Shown: positions 36,876 to 49,323 of the stretch, one piece after another
Position numbering within the stretch: the first letter of the stretch is position 1
Layout: each line of letters starts with the position of its first letter
Notes under the pieces: generated by a model
Database searches by the model: none
Seen by the model: only the letters and a program-made list of their open reading frames with translations
Told to the model about the DNA's origin: nothing
Program-made: the position numbers and the translations under genes
Assembly (NCBI RefSeq): GCF_022045235.1
Contig: NW_027266297.1
Coordinates: 19,654,001 to 19,718,000 of the forward strand
DNA: 64,000 nucleotides
From: Haliotis cracherodii
Lineage: Eukaryota
Direction: 5' to 3'

Positions 36876-37910
36876 AGGTTTCCCAGATGTATAACGTTAT
36901 ATTGATAAGTTGAATATGAGACCAAATCAAGTTGACAGCTAATTTAGAAGTCAACAAACTTGTATAAAGGTGACGTGGAGAATGTTACATCCGGGTTACA
37001 TCTTCTTAGCCTTATCTACCGCCTTCGTGGTGTAGTTATCTATGTTAAACAGCGGCCAGGTATCTCAGCACTATAAAGCAGGTATTAGTCCGGCCAGTTG
37101 CTTATACACCAAACCATAAAGACTCACGCACGCACGCATGCACGCAAGCCGCTATAGAAGTGCAATAATCGCGAATAATCGCGGCGGTATGCAACACATA
37201 AATACTTACATTTTGTATGGAATGGCGGTTGCTACCGATGGAGCGGGACAAACTTACCCTGGTGTCATCGCTGATTTCCACTGATCCATGCATGTAATTT
37301 TCATCACTGGTTTGTCTTTCATGATGAATGGAATCTGTTTCAGCGGATTATCGAGGTGGATGTCTCTTTGCCGAGGTGACGTTTTTAATTTAAACCCCAT
37401 TTCACCTCACTTGTCATTCCTGTTTCGTGCTGTCCCTCGCCAATGGTGTTTTATCTGGTCAACAAACTATTACACAATGTAGATGTGGATAATTTATGTT
37501 TTAGCAGTTAAAATGACCAGTCAATTCAGCGCACCGTATTATTTCTAAACTGTACTTGTTGTCACGTGCGGGGGCATGGTCGGAGCAGACAGAGAGTCTG
37601 CGGGTTTGTTTTGAGGCTCTGGCTTCATATACATGGATATATCCTAACATGGTAAACAAGTAAAACATAACGTATTGGGACACGTGCTATTTATAATTAT
37701 GATGAGGTTGTATTCTTTCAAATATTTAATGACCGCTCCCCCTCCCCTCAATATGTGCATGCCACCCACTCTCCTCCCAATCATAAATGACCAGTCCCAA
37801 AATAAGGTTCCAATTTATAATTTTTGTCATGTTCTCTTCCCCCTACCTCCCGCCATGTTGCTGGCCCATCTCGCAGGTTGTCAATTTTCACGTGACAGCT
37901 CTGATCTTCA

Positions 37911-38040
37911 TGCTTGTCACGCCGAAGGCCTGGGTTCGATTCCCGACATGGGTACAATGTGTGAAACCCATTTCTGGTGTCCCCCGCCCTGGTATTGCTG
38001 AAATATTGCTGAAAGCGGCGTAAAACCATCCTCAATCACT
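37911..38040 (+). mobile_element. SINE family A copy, 5' truncated
   Basis: GGGTTCGATTCCCGACATGGGTACAATGTGTG..GCGGCGTAAAACC. Confidence 0.85.
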
Positions 38041-38110
38041 ATGGTGTATTTCAACATGAAGTATGATTGTGTGGTACGTACGACTACGTATGTGATGTAT
38101 TTCAACATGA

Positions 38111-38393
38111 GTGAGTGAGTGAGTAAGTTGGGTTTAACGCCGCTTTTAACAGTATTCCAGTTATATCACGGAATGTCAGCTTCGTGTGGGAGGAAAGCCC
38201 GAAGTGATGCAGGTCTTAGACGTTTACCACTTCGGTGAAACCCACGAGCATGGATATGGTGCTGACAAACCTAGAACATAATCGGGGCGAACCAGGATTC
38301 GAACCCACAATCATAGATTTTTGGTGTGCCCAAGGGACGAAACTCAGCACAGCGAATTGCGGCGCCTTAGACAACTGGGCCACCCGTGCCCCC
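38111..38393 (-). mobile_element. SINE family B (~280 bp, long tRNA-Leu-like head), full length with perfect 13-bp TSD
   Basis: TSD TATTTCAACATGA at 38098-110 and 38394-406. A-box TGGCCCAGTTGTCTAAGG, B-box GGTTCGAATCC, (CACT)n tail. Confidence 0.92.
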
Positions 38394-38600
38394 TATTTCA
38401 ACATGAATTATGATTGTGTGTTACGTACGACTTATGTGGTGTATTTCGCCGTTATGTTGTTCAAATATTGCTTTAAGCGGCGTAAGACTATACACGCTCA
38501 CTAACTCACTCACACGCTTACTCACTAATCTCCATGTGTCTATGTCCATATATTATCAGCTGACTCGCGTTATGTTGAGGATGCAAAGAGGGGATGAAGA

Positions 38601-38865
38601 GTGAGTGAGTGAGTTTGGTTTAAAGCGGCTTTGAACACTACTGCAGTTATATCACGGTGGGTCAGCTTAATGTGGGAGGAAAGCCCGAAGTGATGCAGGA
38701 CTCAGACGTTTACCACTTCGGTGAAACCCACGAGGATGGGTATGGTGCTGACAAACCTAGAAACATAATCGGGGCGAACCAGGATTCGAACCCACAATCA
38801 TAGGTTTCTGGCGTGCCCAAGAGACGCAACTCTGCACAGCGGAGACGACTGGGTCCCCACTCCCC
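38601..38865 (-). mobile_element. SINE family B copy
   Basis: Homologous to 38111-38393; flanked by GATGAAGA on both sides. Confidence 0.88.
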
Positions 38866-39646
38866 GAGAGATGAAGATGTTGCAACAGTCGTAACACGTG
38901 GATCCAAACCAGGCATGTAACTCGGATGGAAATTGTTTACATATGGATATGTGACTGTATAAAAAAACTCCATTACCATATATTCAACTTTTCCCGAAAA
39001 TCAAATAAATATTTTTTTGAAATTTATTGTTTTATTTTAAAAAAAAAATCGTTTTTCACTGACGATAAAAATTGAAATAAACAATACTGTTTTCCATTAA
39101 ACGTACGATTATTATTTCGAGCTGTGATATTTCGACAATTAAGCTAATTTCGAGACAATTTTCAAGCAAAAACGAATAAAATCGAGAAAGCAATGTGGGT
39201 ATTCAAACTGGTAACACTGTCTCGTGAAAAACATCGTCGGGGCAGGATGGCCCCGTGTGCCTCATGGTTGACACAAGAGCCGACTCATGGGAATGGATGT
39301 TGTTCATGCTGTTAACCACTGGTTTGTCTGACTTACAATCGATATTTTTCGGGTGGCCATCAAGTGACCTTCCAACATGTCCTGGACAAGGAAGAGTCAG
39401 ACAAAGACAAAATATTCTCAAATTTACCTTTCGAAACAGGCTGTGATTTGTTTTATGAAATAAATTATGTTGATTATGGGAATTCAATGAATTTTTCAGC
39501 TTTTTTAATTATGTCTAGTATGTGTTGTTATACATTTACATCCTTAGTGTGCCACGTGGGGTAGAGTTATGCAAACATCGCTGATTATGGCGTGAAACAA
39601 CATTCACCCACCCAGACAACACGGGGGAGACAAGTTAAAGTGTGAT

Positions 39647-39843
39647 CAGGTGAAATTGGGGTTAAAGTCGCGTTCAAGATTATTGCACGTGTGTCAATAC
39701 CCAACTGAGACACAGTATACTGACTCCGAACCAACCAATTCTTGGTGTATACCCTTAATACACGCCTGGTTGGGTAACACCAGGTGTCTTTTAGCGTCTT
39801 TTGGTATGACACGGCCGGGGATCGAACCACGGACCTAACCACT
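39647..39843 (-). mobile_element. SINE family C copy (deleted)
   Basis: TCTTTTGGTATGACACGGCCGGGGATCGAACC plus tail. Confidence 0.75.
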
Positions 39844-41240
39844 AACAAGTTAAGAGTTTAGAAACATCTTCACAGTGTCCATTGGATACACGGTGTCACA
39901 GCACTAAGTTCGAGATAAGCAGAGTTAATATCACGTGCGGGTCGGTAGTCCTACCAAATATGGTTTGACGCTCAATTTAGTCTCGGCGGGAGAGCGGCTT
40001 GTGATGTAGGGCGGCCCTCGCGGTCAAGGCGGGTCTTACATAGGTTTAACACACACACATATGTTATCGCGCGTACATGGCTCGTAGGGAAATTAAACAA
40101 TTTCATTCCCAAGCACGTTCGAACATATGAAGCCTACTCGACGCGAGACCCTGCAACTTATTTAAGAGAATGGTATATCTCTTGCGTCGCAAAAAAAATC
40201 CAAGATGGCGGACCGGTCGGCAACTCTCACGGTAAAAGTCGATCTTTGAATTTCAATCAGCCAGAGGCTATGACCATAGATGAACCTGTACGTGTTGTGA
40301 AGGCAGTTTGCATGAGAGAAAAAGAAAGACGTTGATATTTATTATGAGAATCATGTCCCACGGAAGATTCCAACGGTCTGCCTTCTTAAGTATTGGAGCA
40401 CGGAGGTTACGAAGACGCCGAAGTTCACACTGACAAAAGTGGTTTTACATTGGGTAGATTAAGACAGTCAGCAAATTTAACACATTTGGCACATTGTGTG
40501 GAGGATGAAAGTTTAAACAATTCACGAAACTCTTTGACGTATCAGACTCACCAAATTGCTATAGACACGACACATTTCATTAAAACATGTTGGTATCTTC
40601 AACCTAAAATTGCCTGTCGTGAGCAAAGCCGAATGATGGGCGATATTAATGGCATATTCGTTTCTGTGGATATATCAAGACAATCCATTTCGAAAAATCA
40701 CTGCTCAAATTGGATAAAAGTATAAAAGGGCAAACGTTTAAGGATGTCTTTACGTTAAAAGTGGCAAGTGGTAACATGTATTTGAAGTACTCGTCATGCA
40801 CGATCAAGGACAATATATAAAAAATAATTTCTAATAATATAAACAGTTTAATTGACTTGATTATATTCCTTTATTATATTACTTTATTATTCACAAGACA
40901 TGGCCCCATTGTAACCACGGTTGCCATAACGAAGTACGACTAAGTACCGCAACTGAACACAGCGACTGGGCCAATCGTTCCCTCACATGATAAGGAAATA
41001 AATCTGATCAAACCAACTACAACACTATTACTGCCCCAGTGACTTTCTATTAGTTGGGACGTGGTTTCGACGGTTACAGTGTAACTTTAAGAGGCGTCGT
41101 ATATGGATAATGCAAACTACACCTACGCTTTCATGCGTGACATATTCCATGGTTGCGCTTGATTCCTTCTTTCCCTGGAGTTTCCTACACCGTTCACACA
41201 TTCGCCGCGACACTGCATAAACGTAACAGATGTAAAGGTT

Positions 41241-41486
41241 GAGTGTGTGAGTTAACAGTATTCCAGTTATATCACGGCGTGTCAGCTTCGTGTGGGAGGA
41301 AATCCCGAAGTGATGCAGGTCTGGGGCGTTGAAGCCCACAAGCACGGGTATGGTGCTGACAAACCTAGAAACATAATCGAGGCGAACCGGGATTCGAACC
41401 CGCAATCCTTATTTTCTGGCGTTCCGAAGGGACGCGAATCTGCACAGCGCATTGATGCACCTTGGAGGACTGGGTCACTCGCACCC
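41241..41486 (-). mobile_element. SINE family B copy
   Basis: Homologous body and head. Confidence 0.85.
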
Positions 41487-42274
41487 TCTGTAGAAGTACA
41501 CACATGGGTGAGTCCCCGACCACTTTACTCCACGTTGTGTCTGCATGTCAACGAGGCACGTTCAGGACTACATCAGTAACGAGCCATCAAATCGTACGAC
41601 GGGTGTTTTACGTAAGTGTTGCTCATCAGCTTCTTTAGTAATATCATTGGTTAAAGGACACTTATCACTACATATACCCTCTTCCGCGTTGTCATAGCTC
41701 CCTCAGATGAACCTATTTTAGTCACACAACAATGATGTACTTGACTGTTACTGAAAAAGGAGGGCATTTAACACGATGCCATTATTCAACGTGGGGGTTG
41801 ACGGGAAACTCTGACCTTGCACTTATTGACGTGTAGTTTTTATGTAGCTCCCTCACCAGTTAAGTCCTCCTGTAGCCCAACACAATAGTGCAGTGTATAC
41901 GTGAATCTGGCGCGGTGGAAATACGTAGAATGTTGCTCTGTCCGATATTACGTCATGCTGCATTTACGACGCTTTTCATGACGTTGTTGATGACGTTGTT
42001 GATGACGTTGTTCTTGGCGTTGCTTCGCGAACACCTGATGTCATCAGTGATTGTCGGTTATCCAGTCAGGTGGATTTCACAGCAGGTTTGCCTCTTACGC
42101 CCATTGGAATCTGTTTCGGCGGGTGATCGAAGCTGGTTAATTTCTGGCGTGGGCGTTTTATAAGTTATGACGCTGTTGTGACTCATTCAGTCGTTTTCAA
42201 GCACGGACACTCTACCGATCAACAAGTTACTCGAACAAAACTTTAAACACAATGCCCCCTGGAATTTCTAGGTA

Positions 42275-42415
42275 GGCGAATAAATGGATCGGGTGGTGAC
42301 TCGGTCCATGGCGTGTCATCGTACCACAACGGCGGGGTTCGTCAATTCAGATTCGATTATTTAAAGGCGGCCGTCATATAACTGGACTATTGCGACGTTA
42401 AACAACAAACAAACA
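42275..42415 (+). mobile_element. SINE family D, degenerate
   Basis: GGATCGGGTGG..CCGTCATATAACTGGACTATTG..GTTAAACAACAAAC. Confidence 0.65.
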
Positions 42416-42846
42416 GTTGAAAGAAAAACAAGTGGAATTAAAAGTGGAACCTTCCATTGTAAGACTCCTCTGTGACGCTGTTGTATACGTACATCGTGAC
42501 GTGTTTTGTGTTCGTGTCATATTTTGGGTAGGCTTCTTGGCGGGATAAAGACAACGGCTCAATACGGTATCCGTAGGGGTAATTAAATAAATAAGAAAAT
42601 GAAAAAGATCGGGTGGGAACTCTTCTTTCAGGGTTTATACACAAACATGGCGTCGCCCTTGTCTAAGGTTCACTGAAGCATGTCGATACGCCATACCATG
42701 TGTTTGTTATCGTTACCAAAATGATAGTCGAAATCCAGTGTGTATAAAACACGTTTCAGTTGTTCATCACTGGCCCTGTGACGTAATCTTTTAATACTAA
42801 CGTTGCAGGAAAACGTTCTGTGTTTTGGTACCGTTGGTGAATGATG

Positions 42847-43045
42847 AGGTGAGGTTAGGTAAAATGGGGTTCAACGTTATGTTCAGGAGCGACGTCCATG
42901 CACGCGTGTGTGCGTGTGGCTGCTTGTACTAGTTTGGACTAATGGCGATTTTTATAGTGCTAGCCCACTGAAATACCATGTCTCAGATTATACAAGGATA
43001 CCCCACTCAGACACAAGTTACTGACTCTCAGCTGATCAGATTTTG
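42847..43045 (-). mobile_element. SINE family C 3' portion
   Basis: TAGTGCTAGCCCACTGAAATACCATG..CCCCACTCAGACAC plus tail. Confidence 0.72.
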
Positions 43046-43389
43046 TGCCGGCCTCATGGGTTTAAAAAGAAATTGGTTGAAATGAAGAAAAGATATCTTG
43101 TACTTGCTTCATTAGAATTTGTAATCACAGTTTCCATCCGTCAGAAAAATCGAAAAGGTGTGTGTCGTAAGTCTTGTTCTGCCGAGTCTCGGACAGTTGT
43201 TCAACAAGGTACTACCAAGGCCAAAATATAAAATCTGTATGTAGTGAAACCCCCCCAGTCCGGGCACCCGTTAATCAAGAAACCTCACCTTTCGGATAAT
43301 TATTGTTGGGAAAGTCTATATAAATAGAAAGTGGCGTTACTTCTCGTAAAATTGGACATTTTGTTTATACGAACGGGGTCGCGCTGTAC

Positions 43390-43640
43390 TTTGGAGGACA
43401 TTTCCAAATTTGATATATCAGTGACGAAAACGATGTCTGATGCTATTCCCAATTTTGACCGGCACCGTGTGTTCCCGTGTTTCTTTTTCAGGTGAACAAT
43501 TCACTTGCCTTTGGGTGTGTTTGTGATGTGTGCCACCGATGGGGCAGGATACGCTCATCTTTATGTGATTCATAAACATATGCTTATAAGCAGACGTACA
43601 ATGGATACTGCTTTTAGTAGAGATTTCTTATGATTATCGA
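43390..43640 (+). mobile_element. 3' fragment of the Penelope-like family
   Basis: GGACATTTCCAAATTTGA..GTGCCACCGATGGGGCAGGATACGCTCA matches 63660-63820. Confidence 0.75.
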
Positions 43641-44303
43641 AATGATGTTTATCTCTATCGACTGCGGTTTTTATTACATACCATCCAGAAGGATGTGGAA
43701 AAAAACCTATGTCCGAAATATGCCGTTATACTAGGTCAGACTTCGCGTCCCTTTCGTTGGCCTGTAAACCTCTCCCACCTGTGGTTAGTGTCACTAATGC
43801 CCCTGTAGGTAGTGGCTAACACGTGTGAGGGAATAATGGACTCTCCCACGTGGTCAAGAATTTACCACCCTGACTAATAAAAATAGAACATACCATACTA
43901 CTTCTTTGACGTCATCATTTTAAATGTCGATGCAATGGATTTCGAAGACAAATCTATCCAGCTCTTGAATTTATCATTCTAACATATATCATTATGAATA
44001 TGATATGTTAATAACTTTGTTTTATCTCTTGCTTGAAATTGGGAACTTTAGTACTGTGTTCGGGAAAGACATGTTAATAGTGTACTCGGGTTTCATTCTT
44101 ATACATCACGGTAGAAGAGAAGAAAATAGAAGTTGGTAAAAGTCTACCTTTCGAACCTATTAAAGATCATAGTTTTTCTTTTTTTCGTTATTATATTCAT
44201 TTGTTTGTTTACGAACATGTAACAACATAGAACATTCTAACATCGCAAATTTTTGTGTAGTCCATTAAATGTATTTGTCGATTGTCGATTGTCATTAATA
44301 GGC

Positions 44304-44544
44304 CCCGTTCAGATCCGGTTTGGACTTGTGGTCTGCAGCAACCCATGCTTGCCGTGAAAGGCGATAACGCTTGTCGGTAGAGGCGACTAACGGGATCGGG
44401 TGGTCAGGCTCACTGAGTTGCTTTGATGCATGTTATCGTTTTCCAACTGCGTAGATCGATGCCCAAGATGTCAGTCACTGAATTGTCTGGTCCAGACATA
44501 TACATTTAGCTGGAATACTGATGAGTGTAGCGATGAACAACAGA
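44304..44544 (+). mobile_element. SINE family D copy
   Basis: TSD CATTAATAGGC / CATTATTAGGC; element begins exactly at CCCGT. Confidence 0.85.
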
Positions 44545-44601
44545 CATTATTAGGCGGTTCAAGGTACCCTTTCCAATTCTAGGTTGTGTACGCTGACACA
44601 T

Positions 44602-44765
44602 GCTCGCTGACTTGGTTGGTGCATGTCATCGTGTCCCAATTGCGTAGATCGATGTTCATGATGTTAATAACTGGATTGTCTGGTCCATACTCGATTATTT
44701 CCAGACCGCCGTCATACAGCTGGAAGATTGCTGAGTGTGGCGTTAAACAACAAACAAACAAACCA
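44602..44765 (+). mobile_element. SINE family D, 5' truncated
   Basis: GCTCGCTGACTTGGTTG..GGCGTTAAACAACAAACAAAC. Confidence 0.85.
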
Positions 44766-45329
44766 AATCATGTTATGCAAATGTTTGAAACATGAACTCT
44801 GCCCAGCCCTTGTGTCCCTAGTGGTGGACCCTGACTGTGGAATATACGTAGATTATGAAAACAAATCTAATCTAAATGTATATAAAAGCAAGTCTAGCCT
44901 GCTCTTTTCCTCGAAATGAAATCAGCATCAGGAAAAACAATATTTTTAAAATTAATTTTAGATGACAGAAATGTATTGTGTAATAAAAAAAATAGACTTT
45001 TCGTTCGCAGATTGTGTCTGGAGCGAGGCCTCCTGCCAGCTGATGTCTCCGCACAGCGTCTCCACGTGACGTGTTGTTGTGACACGCGATAAGTTTAACA
45101 TTAGCAGTTACATAGGTCGAGAGATAATTCGTCAAAAGTGACGTCTTCGAGCTAGACATATATTAGCGATCCTGTCAACAGCTCGTCTGGGTGAGTTACT
45201 GCTTTATGAGTTATTATTATTATTATTATTTTTCATAACCGAAACTCTGGGACGAGCTATTGCACACAACCTGACAGGACAACCATTACACTATCATTGT
45301 TGGAGGTAAAGGACAGGCGCTGAGCACGT

Positions 45330-46520
45330 ATGAGCAGGAATGAACGAGAGTAAGAACGAGTATGTAAGATAATGAACAACTACGAGCAACTGTGAGCGAG
45401 AGTAAGAGCGAATGTTAGCAAGCATGAGTAAGAGTACGAGTGACTAGAGTGCGAGATTAAGAGCGAGTATGAACTATAGTAAGAGAGAGTATGATGACAT
45501 TTGAGCGAGTATGAACTATAGTAAGAGAGAGTATGATGACATTTGAGCGAGTATGATGGAGAATGAGGGAGTACAACCAAGCGTGACCGACTATGACCGA
45601 CAATGAGCAAGTATGGGCAAGTATGAGCGAGTATGGGCAAGTATGATCATGTATGACCGAGTATGGACACGCTTTACTAGTATGATGCAAGTATGGGCAA
45701 GTATGATCGAGTGTGAGCAAGTATGAGTGATTATGAGCGTGTATGAGCAAGTACGGGCGAGTATGAGCGAGTATGAACGACAGTGAGCAAGTATGAGCGA
45801 GTATGGGCAAGTATGAGCAAGACTGAGCGAGTATGGGCACGCTTTACTAATATGAACAAGAATGTGCAAGTATGATCGAGTATAAGCGAATGTGATCGAG
45901 TATGAGCGAATATGAGCAAGTATGAGCGAGTATGACCAAGCATGACCGACAATGAGCAAGTATGAGCGAGTATGACCAAGCATGACCGACAATGGGCAAG
46001 AATGGGCAAGTATGAGCGAGTATGAACAATTATGAGCTAGTATAGTGAGTGAGTGAGTTGGATTTAACGCCGCTTTTAACATTGTTCCAGTTATATCACG
46101 GCGTGTTAGCTTAGGGAGGAAAGCCCGAAGTGATGCAGGCCTCTTCGGTGAGACCCGCGAGCACGGGTATGGTGCTGACAAACCTAGAAACATAATCGGG
46201 GCGAAACGGATTCGAACCCACAATCATAGGTTTCTGGCGTGTCCAAGGGCAACTCTGCACAGAGAATCGCGGCGCCTTGGACGACTGGGCCACTCGTGCC
46301 CCAATGAGGGAAAATAAGCAAGTGTGAGCGAGTATGAGCGAGTATGAGCAAGTATGACTGAGTATGAGCAATTATGGGCAAGTATGAGCAAGTATGAGCA
46401 AATATGAGCGAGTATAACCAAGTATAACTGAGTATGAGCAATTATGTGCAAGTATGAACGCGTATGAGCGAGTATTAGCAAGTACAAGCGAGTATGAGCA
46501 AGTATATGCAAGTATAAGCA
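45330..46520 (+). repeat. Degenerate 10-bp minisatellite (GTATGAGCAA/GTATGAGCGA) interrupted by a SINE B copy
   Basis: Tandem units on both sides of 46045-46303. Confidence 0.9.
46045..46303 (-). mobile_element. SINE family B copy inside the 10-bp minisatellite
   Basis: Homologous body, head and tail. Confidence 0.88.
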
Positions 46521-46660
46521 GGAATAACTCTACGCCGCTCCAGACAACATTTTATCAATGTCACGGCGGGGAAAACCAACAATGGGCTTTTTCTCTTCTA
46601 TTAAAGCGAACCCGGACCTTCGCCCTTACGCGAGAATGTTCATGTAGGCTACTCACAGCC

Positions 46661-46850
46661 TAGACTAACATTTAGTCTCTGAAATCTTATATTACACAAT
46701 ATCCTTCTTGACTCTAAAAATAAAAAAATTCCCTATGCTGATTTCATAGAATAGAGCTAGCTTGAGCTGGCTAGACTTGCTTTTGTATGCATTTCTAGAT
46801 TATTATTTTTTCATAAAATAAATATATTCCATGGTCATGGTGCAGGACTA
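46661..46850 (-). mobile_element. Element E: ~190-bp AT-rich interspersed element with TAG...CTA ends and 9-bp TSD
   Basis: CTCACAGCC at 46652-60 and 46851-59. Homologous copies at 34590-34781, 34001-34094 and ~44818-45000. Confidence 0.75.
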
Positions 46851-47997
46851 CTCACAGCCCTGGAACACCCAGGACAACACTGGGCGTGTTTACTGTACTG
46901 TTCCGCGATTCAGAAGCAAGGTAGATTGGGAAACGAGCTGGGTTTTACCAGCAAAGGGTATTTTTGTTACAGCTTGAGTCACATGTCAGGGTCCCGGATA
47001 GTTTGAACCCTGTAACAAGCAGACTACTTGACACGAAATAGCAGGAATTACCAACTGGTTTGAGGAGGAAAAAACGTGTCTATATTCTGATTCTGTCTTC
47101 CTGTTCCTTGTGTAACGCCGCGCTGAAGCCCGTGCATCACCTTGTCTCATCACCACATCCCATCTCTTGTGCCCGACACAGCGTTTTTAGTCATATATAG
47201 TAATTTCATGATATATCCGTATATAAAAAAAACTCATATCTGTAGCGGATCTTTATACCCAACAATATATCTTGTGTACGTTATTGTGCATGTGAATGAC
47301 GAATTTCATGAAGACGTTTTCGATTATATAAAAGTAGTTCCCTGCTAAAATAAGATATTTAGTGCCATCTTATATCCAATGGTCAATTTCATCCTCTGGG
47401 AGAAAATAATTGTCACCTGAGTGAATTTACTCTCGTTCGTGCACACACGTGCGCTTAGGTGCTCGTGCATTATCAATCACGACGGAGTCCACGACAAACA
47501 AGGAAACAACCCTTCCACACGTGACCTCACCATTCTCACGTGGATACAGTTGCCACAACAAGTTGTTTGTTGACAGTGTAATGACGCGCGCAGAGCGTAC
47601 GTGTTCCCTATCACGATTACAAAGTCATATATATGATAATATATATATATATATATGAAACTTTAAAATCTGAACTTTGAATAACTTTTGTGTTTCAGAG
47701 CAAAATTGAATTTTCTGATGAAGACACTACGCCCGTTTTGTACCCGTGAGGGTCGTTGCTATTGGTCAGTGATTATACAGACATTCCAATGCCGCTGAAG
47801 AAACACGTGTACCCGCAGTGAGTGACACGACCATTACCGCTTGAAAGTGTTTCCATTAACTATCATGTCCCCAAACCTTTGGCCAGGGTTTGTTTGTTTG
47901 TTTGTTTGTTTAACGCCGCACCCAGCAATATTCCGCCGTCGGAATACGCCATCGGGTACGACTAAGGAAGAGTATGGGAAAACGTAAGTTTCAACGC

Positions 47998-48152
47998 GTG
48001 AGTATGGTTTTACGCCACTTTTAGCAATATTCCAGTAATATCACGGCGGGAGACACCAGAAATGGGCTTCACACATTGTACCCATGTTGGGAATCGAACC
48101 CGGGTCTTCGGCGCGACGAGCGAACGCTTTAACAACTAGGCTACCCCTACCG
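47998..48152 (-). mobile_element. SINE family A copy
   Basis: Homologous to 32927-33108. Confidence 0.88.
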
Positions 48153-48444
48153 GAGTTCGCAGGATATTTTCCGATCTTGTTTGTAATTAGACTGGCAGTC
48201 CGTCAGTGACGTGATATCAGCAGACAGTCCACTGTCCCTCAGCCACCGCCCCGCTGGACACAAGGCAGTGTCCTATATTTATAAACAAACAAATCTGTTG
48301 TCTGACCTGTATATAAGAGGAACTAAGTTGCATCACAAACAAAATTAATTCTAATGCCTTGAAAAAATAAATTGCTGTCTTATCGACTCAGGACATAGCT
48401 GTGCAGTGTACACAACTACAGATGCATTTTATTATTAAAAGGAA

Positions 48445-48634
48445 GGTGCATTTTGTGAAGTTAACGAGAATGAGTGTATGTGATTTGTAGTCTTGTTACT
48501 TTTGAGTTTATTATTAAAATGGTGGTGCATTGTGTGAAGTTAACGAGAATGAGTGTATGTGATTTGTAGTCTTGTTACTTTTGAGTTTATTATTAAAATG
48601 GTGGTGCATTGTGTGAAGTTAACGAGAATGAGTG
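48445..48634 (+). repeat. 79-bp local tandem duplication (about 2.4 copies)
   Basis: TTAACGAGAATGAGTG at 48461, 48540 and 48619. Confidence 0.9.
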
Positions 48635-49317
48635 CAATATATTTTCGCTTGGTATACATAATCATCAATACAACTTTCAAATGCATGTATGCTTTGAATT
48701 TCTTTTTTAAGCTGTACATAATTCTATTCCGTCGACTAAAAGATTAAATTAATTCATGCTTTTGTCTTCAATTATGTTTGTTGTTGTAAACAATGTTGTT
48801 GATTTCATGTATTGATATATTGATCATTTGGTACTTTTGAAAAGGAAAGTTCAAGCAAGTTCCTGGTGCTTTTTCCCAATCCTATTGTCAATAAAATATG
48901 TTTTTGGCTCCGGTCGAACGGACGTATGATCTGCCTCTAAACATGCAGAGGTAACACTCACTTACTCAAACTGCACGCATGCGTTATACGTCACAGAACG
49001 CCATCCTCGTGCTTCCACGCATACTCAGCAATAACATGCACCCTTCTGTCACGCATATTCTATTCAAGCATACCAAGCAGCAGCTGAAAAATGTTTTAAA
49101 AAGAGTAAAAGAATATTTTCATAATTATAAGAAATCTCTACATAAATCAGAGTCCGTTGTACGACCATATCCTTAGCATATGTTTATACAAACACATATA
49201 TTTAAATATAATCTGTGATCAAGCATACTCCAAGCTTGAAGTTCATATCAAACCCTTACATTCGTTCTACATGCAAAGAAACACACGAAGTCGTTTTAGT
49301 TAGAAAATAAACAATAT

Positions 49318-49323
49318 TTTATT
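49318..49323 (-). terminator. Putative SoxF polyadenylation signal AATAAA (3' UTR about 0.9 kb)
   Basis: Minus strand reads AATAAA, then about 25 nt later a GU/U-rich tract (gtgtgtttcttt). Confidence 0.55.

Noticed and set aside
35935-36894. LRETNLS heptad ORFs resembling coiled-coil or antifreeze-like proteins
   Set aside because: 21-bp minisatellite with frameshifts and stops between blocks.
45380-46511. Cys/His-rich ORFs (ILAHTCSY repeats)
   Set aside because: Translation of a 10-bp minisatellite plus a SINE.
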